From positions 41,416,001 to 41,480,000 of the forward strand of contig NC_043015.1 in assembly GCF_006345805.1 (NCBI RefSeq): a stretch of DNA of 64,000 nucleotides. Reading direction: 5' to 3'. Origin of the DNA: Octopus sinensis. Lineage: Eukaryota. Below the pieces are notes generated by a model. The model was not told where the DNA came from, ran no database searches, and saw only the letters and a list, made by a program, of their open reading frames with translations. Each line of letters starts with the position of its first letter. Positions within the stretch are counted from its first letter, which is position 1. Shown here piece by piece: positions 46,130 through 58,869 of the stretch. The position numbers and the translations under genes were made by a program.

Positions 46130-46648
46130 TACTGTTTCTTGCTAAACAAGCAGCGCAGAAGATTTGTTTACGGTGATCAAATGTTTGCATTGTATATTAT
46201 GTCACCCCTTGCATCAGATCGTCATCGTCTCCAACGGCTGAATGGTGTGTCACATATCAGATGTGGAAGCACTCCGTCGGTTACGACGACGAGGGTTCCG
46301 GTTGATCCGAATCAACGGAACAGCCTGCTCGTGAAATTAACGTGCAAGTGGCTGAGCACTCCACAGACGCGTGTACCCTTAACGTAGTTCTCGGGGATAT
46401 TCAGCGTGACACAGAGAGTGACAAGGCCGGCCCTTTGAAATACAGGTACAACAGAAACAGGAAGTAAGAGTGAGAGAAAGTTGTGGTGAAAGAGTACAGC
46501 AGGGATCACCACCATCCCCTGCTGGAGCCTCGTGAAGCTTTAGGTGTTTTCGCTCAATAAACACTCACAACGCCCGGTCTGGGAATCGAAACCGCGATCC
46601 TACGACTGTGAGTCCACTGCCCTAACCACTGGGCCATTGCGCCTCCAC
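46130..46648 (-). mobile_element. Long tRNA-derived SINE (family E)
   Basis: Minus head GGAGGCGCAATGGCCCAGTGGTTAGGGC..GGTTTCGATTCCCAG, CORE-like TTGAGCGAAAACACCTAA; retains many CpGs, so probably young. Confidence 0.7.
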
Positions 46649-47022
46649 ACATATCAGATACCAAAGTGATTGCAGCAATGAGGTGTTTTGCTCAAGAACA
46701 CGATGCATCACCTGGTTGAGAATTGAAACCATAATCTCACTATCATGAATGCAACACCCTAACCACCAGGCCGTATGCCCTATGTATGTATGTGAGTATG
46801 CGCATATATATACATATGTGTGTGTGTGTATGAGCGAAAACAAGGTAAAAGACAAAACTAAGGGAGATAAGTTTGAATGAATGTGTTATTAGTGTAACAC
46901 TTGAGGGGAGAGGAAAAAGTCTTTGATGTTTCAGACTCTAGTCCTTTTGCTAGCAAAAATGGGAGGAGGAAAAGGAAGTGGTAGAAAAAAATAACAAAGA
47001 AAGAAAAAAGCCCCCTCCCCCA

Positions 47023-47381
47023 GCTCCTAACCACATGGTTCCAGGTTCAGTCCCACTGCGTGGCACCTTTGGCAAGTGTCTTCTACTATAGCCTCGGGCC
47101 GACCAAAGCCTTGTGAGTGGATTTGGTAGACGGAAACTGAAGGAAGCCTGTCGTATATATAATATATATATATATATGTGTATGTGTCTGTGTTTGTCCC
47201 CCCAACATCGCTTGACAACCGATGCTGGTGTGTTTACGTCCACGTAACTTAGCGGTTCGGCAAAAGGGTCCGATAGAATAAGTACTAGGCTTACAAAGAA
47301 TAAGTCCTGGGGTTGATTTGCTCGACTAAAGGCGGTGCTCCAGCATGGCCATAGTCGCATGACTGAAACAAGTAAAAGAGT
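47023..47381 (+). mobile_element. SINE family A (5' truncated)
   Basis: AACCACATGGTTCCAGGTTCAGTCCC..GACTGAAACAAGTAAAAGAG. Confidence 0.85.
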
Positions 47382-47962
47382 TATGAGAAAACAAATTCTG
47401 TGGGACTCCAAACTGTAATTATGCCAAAGAATGTTTCCTTCTGCCTGGCAACTATTTACATCTTGTGTAGACAGTGTAATTTGATAGCTGAATGTCTCAG
47501 CTGTGAATAAAGTGCCATCGATAAGATATGGTACGTGGATTTATTGGCTGCATGTCTGATAGTCTGGCACCATTATAGACACATCATTGGCAGGAGTTCA
47601 GGATGGAATGCCTTTTTCTTGCGCAGAAGAGTAAACATGGAATTCGTGGTGCAGTCTGTCTGTTGTCAGCGAGGTCTGTATGAGAGGTTAAACGTGGTGT
47701 GCCCAGGAGGTACCTGAGCTAAGTAAGAAACAAATAAGACGACAGAATTTCTATTTCAATAGAAGACAGCTAGGAATATTTAGCAGCATTATTTTTGCCG
47801 TTTATGGAAAAATGCTAAAGAGGGTTTAGTCTTGTTCTGTGACAGCCTTGGGCAAGGATCTTCTGCTGTAGTTCCAGGCCAACCAAAGCATTATGAGTGG
47901 ATTTGGTAGACTGAGAAACTGAAAGAAGCCTGTCGTGTGTGTATGTGTGTATATATGTGTGT

Positions 47963-48290
47963 GTCATCATCATCATCATTGTTTAATGTCCGTTTTTCCA
48001 TGCTAGCATGGGTTGGACGGTTCGACCGGGGTCTGCACCAGGCTCCAGTCTGATCTGGCAGTGTTTCTACAGCTTGATGCCCTTCCTAACGCCAACCACT
48101 CCGTGAGTGTAGTGGGTGCTTTTTATATGCCACCGGCACAGGTGCCAGGGGAGGCTGGCAACGGCCACAATCGGTTGGTGCTTTTTATGTGCCACCGGCA
48201 CAGAAGCCAGTCAAGGCAGTGCTGGCATCGGCCACGTTTGGACGGTGCTTTATACGTGCCACCAGCACAGGTATCACAACTACAATTTCC
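47963..48290 (-). mobile_element. RTE-type 3' end
   Basis: (CAT)n-GTTTAATGTCCG..GTGCCACCAGCACAGGTATCACAACTACAATTTCC. Confidence 0.75.
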
Positions 48291-49734
48291 ATTATACAGC
48301 AAAAGTACAATAGCAAAAAATGGTTAAACACTAACACAATAAGCCAACCGTAAGCACACTTGCTCAGCGTACGAGACGTAGTGACCGAATTCATTGTAAC
48401 AATTCAACTCAATCTTTTACAGTCAAACGACACAATATTCAACACACTTAAATGTTAAAAATACAAACTCTGTGGCTAAGAAGCTATTACTACACTGATG
48501 TGGGTCAAAGATTTCATGCGTTTGTGTGGGCGTCTCTGTTTTTTGTAGGTAAACTTGTGTTATTCTCTCTCTCTCTCTCTACGTGACATTATCAGAGTGA
48601 TTGCCATCAACTTATGGATTTATGGATTGTCATTAACTTATGGCTCGTAAAAACTTTTACGAAACCTAACACGAAACAATTTGGTGATCCGTGTACGTAG
48701 GTACATACATGTGTGTGCGTGTCTATATAGAGGTGACATTGTGTGTCTGTGCATATATCTCTTTTACTCTTTTACATGTTTCAGTCATTTGACTGCGGCC
48801 ATGCTGGAGCACCGCTTTTAGTCGAGCAAATCGACCCCAGGACTTATTCTTTGTAAGCCCAGTACTTATTCTATCGGTCTCATATATGTATGTGTGTGTG
48901 TGTCTAAGCTTGTGTGCATGCGACTGGATCTGTGGCTAAAGGTAGATTTAAGCTAATAACAAAAATCGTGACATGGGAAATTTATTTCTCATAATACAAT
49001 GCTATAGATTTTTTTGTATTAAATTTTTTTCTACTTTACTGGTTTATTTCCATTCTATTGTTGTTTGTTTCTTTTGATTCTACCAGAGATACAAATATAT
49101 TCATATGTTTACGTCACGATTTCATATTCATTATTATATTTTGTCATGCAATGTTTCTCTTGTGAGAAACTAAACTGTCAACTTCACAGCTGCCTCTGGC
49201 TATAAGCGTTAAAATAATTATAGATTATTTGATAGATTGAGTAAATTGTTGCCTAGTTAAATATCATCCGGGCATATAAGAGACGTTTGTAGTTGACACA
49301 TTGACTGGGGTGACTTAGAGAGGGAGCTAAAGAGGGGCTTGTGAGTATCAAGAAAAAAAATGAAAAAATGGAGGGAACTCCAAAAGCCTATAGTTTTCTT
49401 GAAATTTAAGAGGACCCTCCCATCCAATTTGGGGTCTGAAAGTAGTCTTGAGTGGAGACTTGCTTGTATGAGTAGCTGTCAGTCTTCTTAGAAAAATCTT
49501 GCCCAGATCTCTGCATACATTGTACAGTCCACCTTGACCTATAGAAAAACCTATCTTTGACCAATCATGTCACACGTCCTGTAAGGGTCACAGGTCATGC
49601 TCTTCTTCTTTAGAAAGCAAAACAAAGACAAATTAGTGTATAAAAAAAAAGAATTATTGCTATTCTCAATACTCAAGGAAGGAAAGTAGTACACATACAT
49701 ACATATAGCTATGTGTTGTATACATTGGTTGTAT

Positions 49735-50312
49735 AGGCACAGGCATGGCTGTGTGACAAGAAGCTTGCTTCCTAATCACATGGTTCTGGGTTCAGTCAAG
49801 AGTCTTTTACCATAGCCTCAGGCTGATCAAAGCCTTGTGAATAGACTTGGTAGATAGAAACTGAAAGAAGCCTGTCGTATTTATATATGTGTGTGTTTGT
49901 GTGTTCTGTGTTTGTCCCCCACCAACATTGCTTGACAACCGATGCTGGTGTGTTTATGTCCCCGTAATTTAGTGGTTTGTCAAAAAGAGACCGCTAGAAC
50001 AAGTACTTGGCTTACAAGGAATAAGTCTTGGGGTCGATTTGCTCGACTAAAGGCAGTGCTCCAGCACGGCCATAGTCAAATGACTGAAACAAGTAAAAGA
50101 GTAAAAGAGAATATATATATATATATATATATATCTTTTATTTTTTACTTGTTTCAGTCATTAGACTGTGGCCATGCTGGAGCACCACTTGGGAAGAAAT
50201 TTATAGTTGAATGTATTGATCCTAGTACTCTTTTTTTTAAAGCCTGGTACTTATTCTGTTGATCTCGTTTACTGAATTGCTAAGTTACTGAGCCATAAAC
50301 ACACCGCTCTGT
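49735..50312. mobile_element. Tail-to-tail pair of SINE family A copies
   Basis: Plus copy ends GTAAAAGAGTAAAAGAG at 50109; (TA)n spacer; minus copy begins TTTTTACTTGTTTCAGTCA at ~50140. Confidence 0.8.
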
Positions 50313-50385
50313 CAACGATCCCACTCGTATATATTGAATATAGAACATATGTATGTATATTGTTGTATATTATTATGTATATGTG

Positions 50386-50440
<55 letters not shown>

Positions 50441-50443
<3 letters not shown>

Positions 50444-50883
50444 AGCATTGGTATATGCACTCATATGTATGTGTATATTATATATTATGGGTATGTACCC
50501 ACTCTTCTATGGGTGTACCTCCTCTGATATTCATATTTAGATAGTACTTTATAATCTCTGAAGAGGACTTGGGATATTTTTGTAAGTGTCTCATTTATAA
50601 CCGCATATTGACTTATCACACCTGGCTAATATGAGCATAATGAGATACCCATATCTACATGGCTGAAACAGCTGTAAGATGTAGTTTATATTTATATTTA
50701 TTTATATTCACTTATACATATTGTACTTATTGTATCATATTACTCATTGATGTGCATTGTTTTGTTCTGTACTATTATGTTTGACCTTGATGTTCATACG
50801 TAGTGGGTTAATAAATTATGTGATTGGGTATTATCTGGTAGTTGATTATTGATTAAGGTGTATTTCTCCATTTTCTTATTTTG
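50441..50883 (+). mobile_element. (TA)n-flanked Penelope-like LTR fragment carrying a hammerhead motif
   Basis: AT-rich ~440-bp segment between (TA)n runs containing the HHR core; the PLE assignment is inferred from HHR type. Confidence 0.5.
50554..50680 (+). ncRNA. Type-I hammerhead ribozyme with extended (~100-nt) stem II
   Basis: Stem I ATCT(50554-57)/AGAT(50677-80); core CTGAAGA (50558-64) and GAAA (50665-68); palindromic stem III ACAGCTGT; cleavage triplet GUA (50674-76); nested stem II segments. Confidence 0.65.
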
Positions 50884-51199
50884 TATATATATATATTTCT
50901 TATAAGCATTTCAAGATTAAAAACCTGGTGTAGAACTCAATATATGTATTCTTCAGAAGGAAGCATTAGTCAAGGACAGGGTGGTAATAGGAAAAATGTG
51001 GAATAAAAGGAATAAATAGCCATTTACTATCAGTGTTGCTATGATACAAAGAGGAAAAAAATGTAATATAAACCAAAAGAAAAAAAAAAAAGAAATTAAA
51101 TAATCTGGTCATATCTTGGTGTGTAAATCAAAATGTCTGTTTAAGTTTGCCAAGATTATTAGTAAATAACTATTAAGTTTCTTTGTTACTAAGTCAATG

Positions 51200-51620
51200 A
51201 CGAAGAATACAACCACCACCACCACCACAGCTGTCACTGCTACCATCACTACTACCACTACTGCAATCATCACCACCACCATCACCACCACAATCATCAC
51301 CGCCACTATCACCACTGCCACCACCACCACCACCACCAACATCACTACCACCACTACTGCAATCATCACTACCATCACCACCACTGCCACCACCACCACC
51401 GCCGTCATTGCCACCACCACCATCACTGCCGCCATTACTGCAATCATCACTACCATCACCACCATCACCACCACCTTCACCACTGCCACCACCGCCGCCG
51501 TCATCGCCGTCGCCACCACCACCATCACTACCGCCACTACTGTAATCATCACTACCATCACCACTAACACCACCTCCACCGCTTCACCATTGTAACCATC
51601 ACCGTCGCCATCCTCATTGC
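51200..51620. repeat. (ACC)/(ATC)/(ACT) trinucleotide compound repeat
   Basis: Direct reading; the Thr-rich and Val-rich ORFs are a consequence of the repeat. Confidence 0.92.
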
Positions 51621-53459
51621 TGACATAAAGTCTTGGCAGGATTGGTTTTTGTTTCCTCTTTTCGGCGCTATCCTATCCTACAACTGGCTGGGTCTGCACT
51701 GCCTTATCTTCCTATCTTCATCTTTGAGATACGTTTCATGATAAACACGTCTTTGACCTTTGTAACAAATAAAGCTAAGAGCTGGAGTGGCCCAGTAGAT
51801 AAGATATCAGGGACCAGCCACTCCTAAGATTGTCGGTTCAGATCTTCTGAAGATATGTTGTTGTTGATGTTGTTTAGTCCTCCAAGTCTGTTGTGATCTT
51901 GTAGTCTTATAACCAAAGACTTTCCAGCAGTGACCATTCTTTTCTGTCCTATTTTAGACAGACAGCAGCAATACATTATTAAATATTCCTTTTGTAACCT
52001 TGGAACTGCAAAATTAAAATTTCATAGTTGTTCTCCCCCTCTCTCTCTTTTTCTCTTTCTGAGTAACCATGTACCTCCTCTATAGCAAGACACCTGTTTC
52101 TGCCTCTCTGTCACACTCTAACCTTTCATCATCTGACCCAAGAGCCCCGCCTCCGATGCCCCCTCCCCTTTCAAAATTCCTTGTCCTGCAAGTTACTGGG
52201 TGACCCTGCTGGTGCCACATAAGAAGCATTCAGTCCACACTGTGAAGGGGTTGGCATTTGGAAGGGCATCCAGCCGTAAAAACCATCCCTATGGCTAACA
52301 GGTTAAAGGGATGCATGTCTATGGATTACTCAGCCAGCCAGTTGCCCGTTGATTTCATGAGCAGCCAGTTCCATAGATCGAATCAACTGGAACTCTTGCC
52401 ATCGTAGGAGACAGAGAGCCAAGACAAACTTAGCATCATTACTGGAATCATCATCATCATCACCATTTAACGTCTGTCTTCCATGCATGCATGGGGAGGA
52501 CGGTTGACAGGGGCTGGCCAGGTGGAAGACTACCTTTGGCTACTGTGTCTGTTTTGGCAGGGTTTTTACAGCTGGATGCCCTTCGTAACACCAACCACCC
52601 AGCAGAGTGGACTCAGTGCTTTTTATGTGGCACCAGCGCAAGCAATACACACACACACACACACATACAATGGGCTTCATACAGTTTCTGTTAGCCAAAT
52701 TCACTCTCAAAGCATCAGTTGACCTGGAGTAAAATAGTAGAAGATACTTGCTCAAGGTGTGCCATGCAGTGGGACTGAACCTGAAACCATGTGGAAGCAA
52801 GCCTATTAACCACATAGTGACGTGCTTCAAAGTTTTCTCATCATTCATTAGCAACTTCTAAAACATTTTAGTCTTGGGAACTTCTGCGTCTTATCCAGAC
52901 TAACAAAGAGACGTAATCGTTTTGCTGAGAAGTTAACAGGAAGTTCCATTGTCGTCAGCCGGAGACAATAATTTCCTTGTTCTGGAACAAATCCTCTCTT
53001 TTTCCGTCGACCATTCGATTCTTATGATTGGAATAATTACAGTCTTTTACTTAAACTGTTCGGTCTAAATCCATTTAGATTTCAATCTAAATATATTTAA
53101 TCCTTGCCCACCCATCTCCATGATGGCGATTATCATTGTTTTATTTACATAAGTGGAAAGGAAGTGTTTATCTCTATCTCTATCATAAGTGAAAGCACGT
53201 GGCTTAGTGGTTAGGCTATTTGACTCATGATTGTAAGGTCGTGAGTTCAATTCTTGGCGATGCATTGTCTCCTTGAGCAAGACATTTCATTTCACATTGC
53301 TCCAGTCCACTCAGCTGGCAAAAATGAGCTGATGATGCAGTTTCTCAATTAGTGGACAAGTGTGGTCACCTTTTGTCAGGCACGTGTCTTCTTCCCCTCC
53401 ACCCCCACCCCCCAGTTCATAATTAGTGCCCCAAACAAAATGCCTTGCAATATTTCTTC

Positions 53460-54068
53460 CCTCTTTTTCACATTCCAAGTTCAAATCCCGACGAGATCGA
53501 CTTTGCTTTTCATCTTTCAGGCGGTTGGTAAAATAAGTACCGTCAAGTGCTGTGGTCAGTGGTATCAGCTATCCACAAGTCCCTCAAAAATTGCTGGCCT
53601 TGTGCCTAAATCAGAAGCAATTATTGTTGTTGTTGTTGTTGAACTGGCAAGCTGGCAGAATCATTAGTGCACCAGTATTTTGTCCATCTATATGTTCCGA
53701 GTTCAAATTCCGCTGAGGTTGACTTTGTTTTTTGTTCTTTCGGGGCCAATAAAATGAGTACCAGTTGAACACTGGGGTTGATGCAATCAACTAGCCCCCT
53801 TCCGCGAAATTTTAGGCCTTGTGCTTACAGTAGAAAAGATTATTGTTATTATTGAGGCAGTGTGCTGGCAGAAACGTTAGCACGCTGGGCTAAATGCTTA
53901 GTGGCATTTCATCTCTCTTTATGTTCTGAGTTCAAATTCCACTGAGGTCGACTTAGCCTTTCGTCCTTTCAGGGTCGATAAATTAAGTACCAGTGAAACA
54001 CTGGGGTCGATGTAATTAACTAGTCCTCTCTCTCCCAAAATGGCTGCCCTTGTTGCAAAATTTAAAAC

Positions 54069-54070
<2 letters not shown>
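53460..54070 (+). mobile_element. Three consecutive SINE family B short copies with (TTA/TTG)n tails
   Basis: GAGTTCAAAT(T)CC..GA(G/C)TT(T/A)GCCTTTC..AAGTACCAGT..AACTAG..(ATT)n repeated at ~53470, ~53690 and ~53920. Confidence 0.8.
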
Positions 54071-54101
<31 letters not shown>

Positions 54102-55446
54102 GTTATTATTATTATTATTCTGCCAGATCAAGACTGGAGCCTGGTGCAGCCATCTGGTTCACCGGCCCTCAGTCAAACCATCCAACCCATGCTGGCATGG
54201 AAACTGGATGTTAAACGATGATGATGATGATGATGATGATTATTAATTGATTGATTAATTATATTACTGCAACATCATGTGTTTTTTCTTTTGTTTTTTT
54301 TTTTATTCCAAGTTCTGGTTTCCGATATTACTAATGGATTTACATTTTTTCCTCTCATCCAAATGACCTTCCATATTCATTGCAGTTGTTCTATATTCTT
54401 GCTTCATACAACACAATATGAGATTGCATGTTTTCCAACCATCATTAACTGGGCTGCTGTCTCAAATTACTGGTTTGGACCTAGGCTGAGCTTTGCCAAG
54501 CCATTTATTCCTCTTGGGGTTTGATAAGATATGACTACAATCAGTGAAAACATTTAATTGTTACGTAAACCCCGTCCTGTATCCTTGACCGAGCAGGTCT
54601 ATGATCAAAGTTATTCCGGCCTTGACTCTCCCACCTATTGTTTTAAATCTTATTTCAGAAATGTGGAACACTGCTTGTGTGATGGTGACGTTCCTTTTAT
54701 AAACTATTATATGATGTTAAGACAAGGACGCACAAACAATTCCACATACACACACCCATGTGCACATGCGGACACACAGACACACACACACACGTGTATA
54801 TACAATGGGTTTTTTTTGTGCTTTACCAAATTTATTCGTAAGGTGTTGGTTGACCTTGGGCTATAGTAGCACAATGGAGGAATGTGGTTTGGTGGTTAGG
54901 GTGTTGGACTCATGATAGCAAGATTGTGGTTTCAATTCTTGGACTGGGCGATATGTTGTATTCTTGAGCAAAATACTTCATTTTAAGTTGCTCCAGTCCA
55001 CTCAGCCAGCAAAAACGAGTTATCCTGTGACTGACCAGTGTCCTGTCCAGATGGGGAATATATATAGGCCAGAGAAACCAGGAAACTGACCCTTATGAAT
55101 CAGTATGACTCGAGAAGATAACTTCACCTCTACCTTATAGTAGCACAAGGTGCCATGCAGTGGGATTGAACCTGCAGTCCATATGGTCAAGAAGCAGATT
55201 TCTCGACCACACTGCCAAGTCTGTTACCTTTTAGTTAAACTAAAATACATATTGGAGTAATTCTGTTGTTTTCCAGTATTGACCTTAAACAGCCTCTTCT
55301 GGAGCATTCTGCCATTGAGCATATGGCCAAGTGGTTAAGCTGTTGACTTGCTGTTGTAAGGTTGTGGGTTCAGTTCTTGTAGCAGGCATGCATCGTCTCC
55401 ACATTTTATTTACCACGTGAACTACGATGAAAAAAAACACAAGATA

Positions 55447-55846
55447 TACTCTTTTACTCTCTCTTTTACTTGTTTCAGTCATTTGACTGCGGTCATGCTG
55501 GAGCAGCGTCTTTAGTCGAGCAAATCGACCCCCGGACTTAATCTTTGTAAGCCCAGTACTTATTCTATCGGTCTCTTTTGCCGAACCACTAAGTGACGGG
55601 GACGTAAACACACCAGTATCGGTTGTCAAGCAATGCTAGGGGGACAAACACAGACACACAATATATATATATATACATATATACGACAGGCTTCTTTCAG
55701 TTTCCGTCTACCAAATCCACTCACAAGGCATTGGTCGGCCTGGGGCTATAGCAGAAGACACTTGCCCAAGATGCCACGCAGTGGGACTGAACCCGGAACC
55801 ATGTGGTTGGTAAGCAAGCTACTTACCACACAGCCACTCCTGCGCC
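55447..55846 (-). mobile_element. SINE family A, full length
   Basis: Intact head GGCGCAGGAG.. and (GTAAAAGA)n tail. Confidence 0.88.
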
Positions 55847-56157
55847 TATGGTATATGGTATATAATTTATTATTTTTTTTGTGCAGGGGTTCCTTGTGAC
55901 ATGTAATTTATTTTAAGGGTCATGCAAGGGTAGAAGGGTTGAGAAACACTGTTCTACTGTATTATGTCTGAGAATGTGATGGTCACTCATGTTTCTGACC
56001 ATTGGTCTGCTTGACCAGGACTGAACAGAAATTAAGCAATGGTAACAGCAACAACAGCTGTAGTCTTTTGGAGAATAAATAAATGAGGTTAATCAATGAT
56101 AACGATGTGGAGGAACCTGCTTTGCATTTCAATTTCCTTTTTTTTTTTTATTAACAG

Positions 56158-56214
56158 GAAGCAGATATTGAAACGCCGCCGCCGAGCGACTCTGCCAAAA
56201 GTCCCGGTTCTACG
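56158..56214 (+). CDS. GCC2: GCC2/GCC185 early coding exon (57 nt, phase 0-0)
   Basis: Strong acceptor (T)nATTAACAG and donor ACG|GTAAGT; EADIETPPPSDSAKSPGST joins in frame to the next exon and corresponds to the Ser/Pro/Gly-rich GCC2 N-terminus. Confidence 0.75.
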
Positions 56215-57289
56215 GTAAGTTGCTGTGACTGTTTGTTTCAAAGTCTCTGAGAGAGGAGAGAGAGTGTGGGTGTGGAGATGTGTGAGAAGAGAGAGTGAAT
56301 GTGTGTGTGTGGGGGGGGGGGGGTGAGAAAGAGAGGGAGAGTGAATGTGTGTGTGAGGGGGAGAGTGAATAGGTGTGTGAGTGAGAGAGAGTGAATGTGT
56401 GTGGTATTGTGAGAGAGGACAGTGAATGTGTGTGGGTGTGAGAGAGAGAGAGAGTGAATGCATGTGTGTGTGTGAGAGGGAAAGTGTGTGCATATGTGAG
56501 TGAGACAGAGAGAGGGAGGGAGAGAGTAAAAGAAAAGGAAATTTAGGCTGTTTTTTTCTTTTGTTTTTTTTAAAGAATTCTTTTGGCCATTTGGTTATAT
56601 GTTACTGATTTTCTTTACCGTTTTTTTTTACCTTCTCCAATTTAAATTGTAAATTCTTTATTGAATTCCATTTCGGTCGTTAATGTAATTCGTTTTCCAT
56701 TCGAGATAAAATATTCTGTCTGACTGGACCAAAATAATTTAGTTCTTCTGTAATTGATAGGTTTACCAGTCTATAACGGTCGCATGTCTTGTAGGATGTA
56801 TTTAATAAGCTGCAGACTCAATTATACATGCCTAAAACCATTTAATTACCAGAGATAATTAGCAGATTATGTGCAGATGCAAAGTGGTCCAGTGGATAAG
56901 GTGTCAGACTGCTAACTCCTAGATCTTAAGTTCAATTCTACTGCAAGTGTTTCATGTATGTGCATTTGGGCACAGCTCTAAATTTTAGGCATCTTGGTCC
57001 TCTTAACCGTTCTACATAGGTACCAGATCGTTCAAGAATTTTTCTTATCTGCAATTGACTGGTTTCTTGTCCAACAGGAGATTTGACACCACTCCGTCAT
57101 GGACACCATTGCTATCTTCTTTCCGTCAACTCTCGTCCACCGTCGTATTTAATGAGACGACGCACTGCATTGTAATATACTCTTTGAAAATTTAAACATA
57201 TAAATGTTAAATGCAGCATATTTGAGCTCCTGTGTAAAAGTCATCATCACCATCATTACCATCGCCACCGTCATCCACCACCACCATCA

Positions 57290-57630
57290 CCACCAGTCGT
57301 AGAAACCATGACAAATCAGACTGGAGTCTGGTGCAGCCTTCCAGTGTGCCAGCCCAGTGAAACCATCTGACCCATGCCAGCATGGACATCATCATCATCA
57401 TCGTTTAACGTCCGTTTTCCATGCTAGCATGTGTTGGATGGTTCGACCAGGGTCTGGGAAGCCAGGAGGCGGCTCCAGTCTGATCTGACAGTGTTTCTAC
57501 AGCTGCATGCCCTTCCTAACGCCAACCGCTCCGTGAATGTAGTGGGTACTTTTTACGTGCCACTAGCACAGGTGCCAGACGAGTTTGGCAACAGCCATGA
57601 TCTGTTGGTGCTTTTTACGTGCCACCAGCA
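57290..57630. mobile_element. Tail-to-tail RTE-type 3' ends in the GCC2 intron
   Basis: Plus copy ends CCCATGCCAGCATGGAC at ~57387 and abuts the (ATC)n tail of a minus copy (ATCATCGTTTAACGTCCG). Confidence 0.8.
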
Positions 57631-58106
57631 CAGAAACAAATATTAAATGATGATGATGATGATTGTTAAAGATGTTTTGGGTACCCAATTTTTAAACTTT
57701 TGGCTATGCCACTCACAGGTTGCCCTTGTGTTTGAAAAGGACCACATGTTTGGCATGCTTGGCTTCATGGCATGTACTGGGCATTTTTTCTTCTTTCCTT
57801 TCGTTCTAGCACTAGTGAGGTCATCATGCAACTTGTAAGATTAAAACAGGCAATCCGTTTCAGATTTTAATTTTAATGTGAAAATGTGAGAAAATAGCAG
57901 CAATTAATTCTGACCTTGAATAAGTTTTACGTCACCACACGACATAGTGTTGTGTCATCACTCAGGTTGCTTAGGAAGTCCTCTTGTTTATCATCTGCAT
58001 TCTCGATTAATCCTGATGTCATTAATTTTAATTCTTCTCTTTGCTGTGTCATGTTTTATTCATAAATTAAATTGTTTCTTTTGTTTGTTTTTGTTTTTCT
58101 AATCAG

Positions 58107-58191
58107 CTGGATAACTTCTCCAGGGAAGATTTGGTGAGATTCATCAAAAAACAGACACTCGTCTTGCAGAAGACCAGATCACAATGTGAAA
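58107..58191 (+). CDS. GCC2: GCC2/GCC185 coding exon (85 nt, phase 0-1)
   Basis: Acceptor TTGTTTTTCTAATCAG, donor AAA|GTATGT; LDNFSREDLVRFIKKQTLVLQKTRSQCE aligns with the GCC2 N-terminal motif LETLPKEDLIKFAKKQMMLIQKAKSRC (recalled from family knowledge). Confidence 0.82.
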
Positions 58192-58214
58192 GTATGTAGT
58201 CTATATAATTCACA

Positions 58215-58502
58215 TTAATTATTATTATTATTATTAATATTAATTATTATTATCATTATTATTATTATTAATTATTATTATTATTATTATTAATTATTAT
58301 TATTATTATTAATTACTATTATTATTATTAATTATTATTATTATTATTAATTATTATTATTATTATTTATTATTATTATTAATTATTATTATTTATTATT
58401 AATTATTATTAATTATTATTATTTATTATTATTATTTATTATTATTATTGTTGTTGTTGTTGTTACTGTTGTTGTTCTTGTTGTTGCTATTATTATTATT
58501 AT
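58215..58502. repeat. (TTA)n/(TTG)n microsatellite just downstream of the GCC2 exon
   Basis: Direct reading. Confidence 0.95.
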
Positions 58503-58869
58503 GTGATTTTCTTATTTAAGTTTTGTTTCCATTTCTTGCCAAGTGTCTTCCTGACACCTAGGGCAAAGAAACTCACTCTATACACCGATAGGCCATTAAA
58601 ATAAACACACCAGATTGTTCATTTACAAAAGCAAAGTTACGGAGAAAAAAATAAACTATTTACATGGAAGGTCATTGTTCTATCTGCAACAATGTTGTTC
58701 TCAATACGTATGACCTACAAGTTAAAACAAGTCTTTGCACTTCTAGCAGCGATAGTAAACCAGGGTTCATTCTCAGCTAATTTTCAATTCCTGTTTTGAT
58801 CATTCCTATTGCTCCTACAATCACTGCTATTGTAACCACCTTGTGACCCCACATTATTTTGATTTCAAT

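Noticed and set aside
46575-46648. tRNA-like sequences at SINE heads (also 14530, 15050, 18600, 36660, 53195, 54875)
   Set aside because: They have A/B boxes but no complete cloverleaf or acceptor stem and continue into SINE bodies; not tRNA genes.
51109-51595. Thr-rich mucin-like ORF (+) and Val-rich ORF (-)
   Set aside because: Pure ACC/ATC/ACT trinucleotide repeat with no signal peptide, splice context or non-repetitive coding flank.
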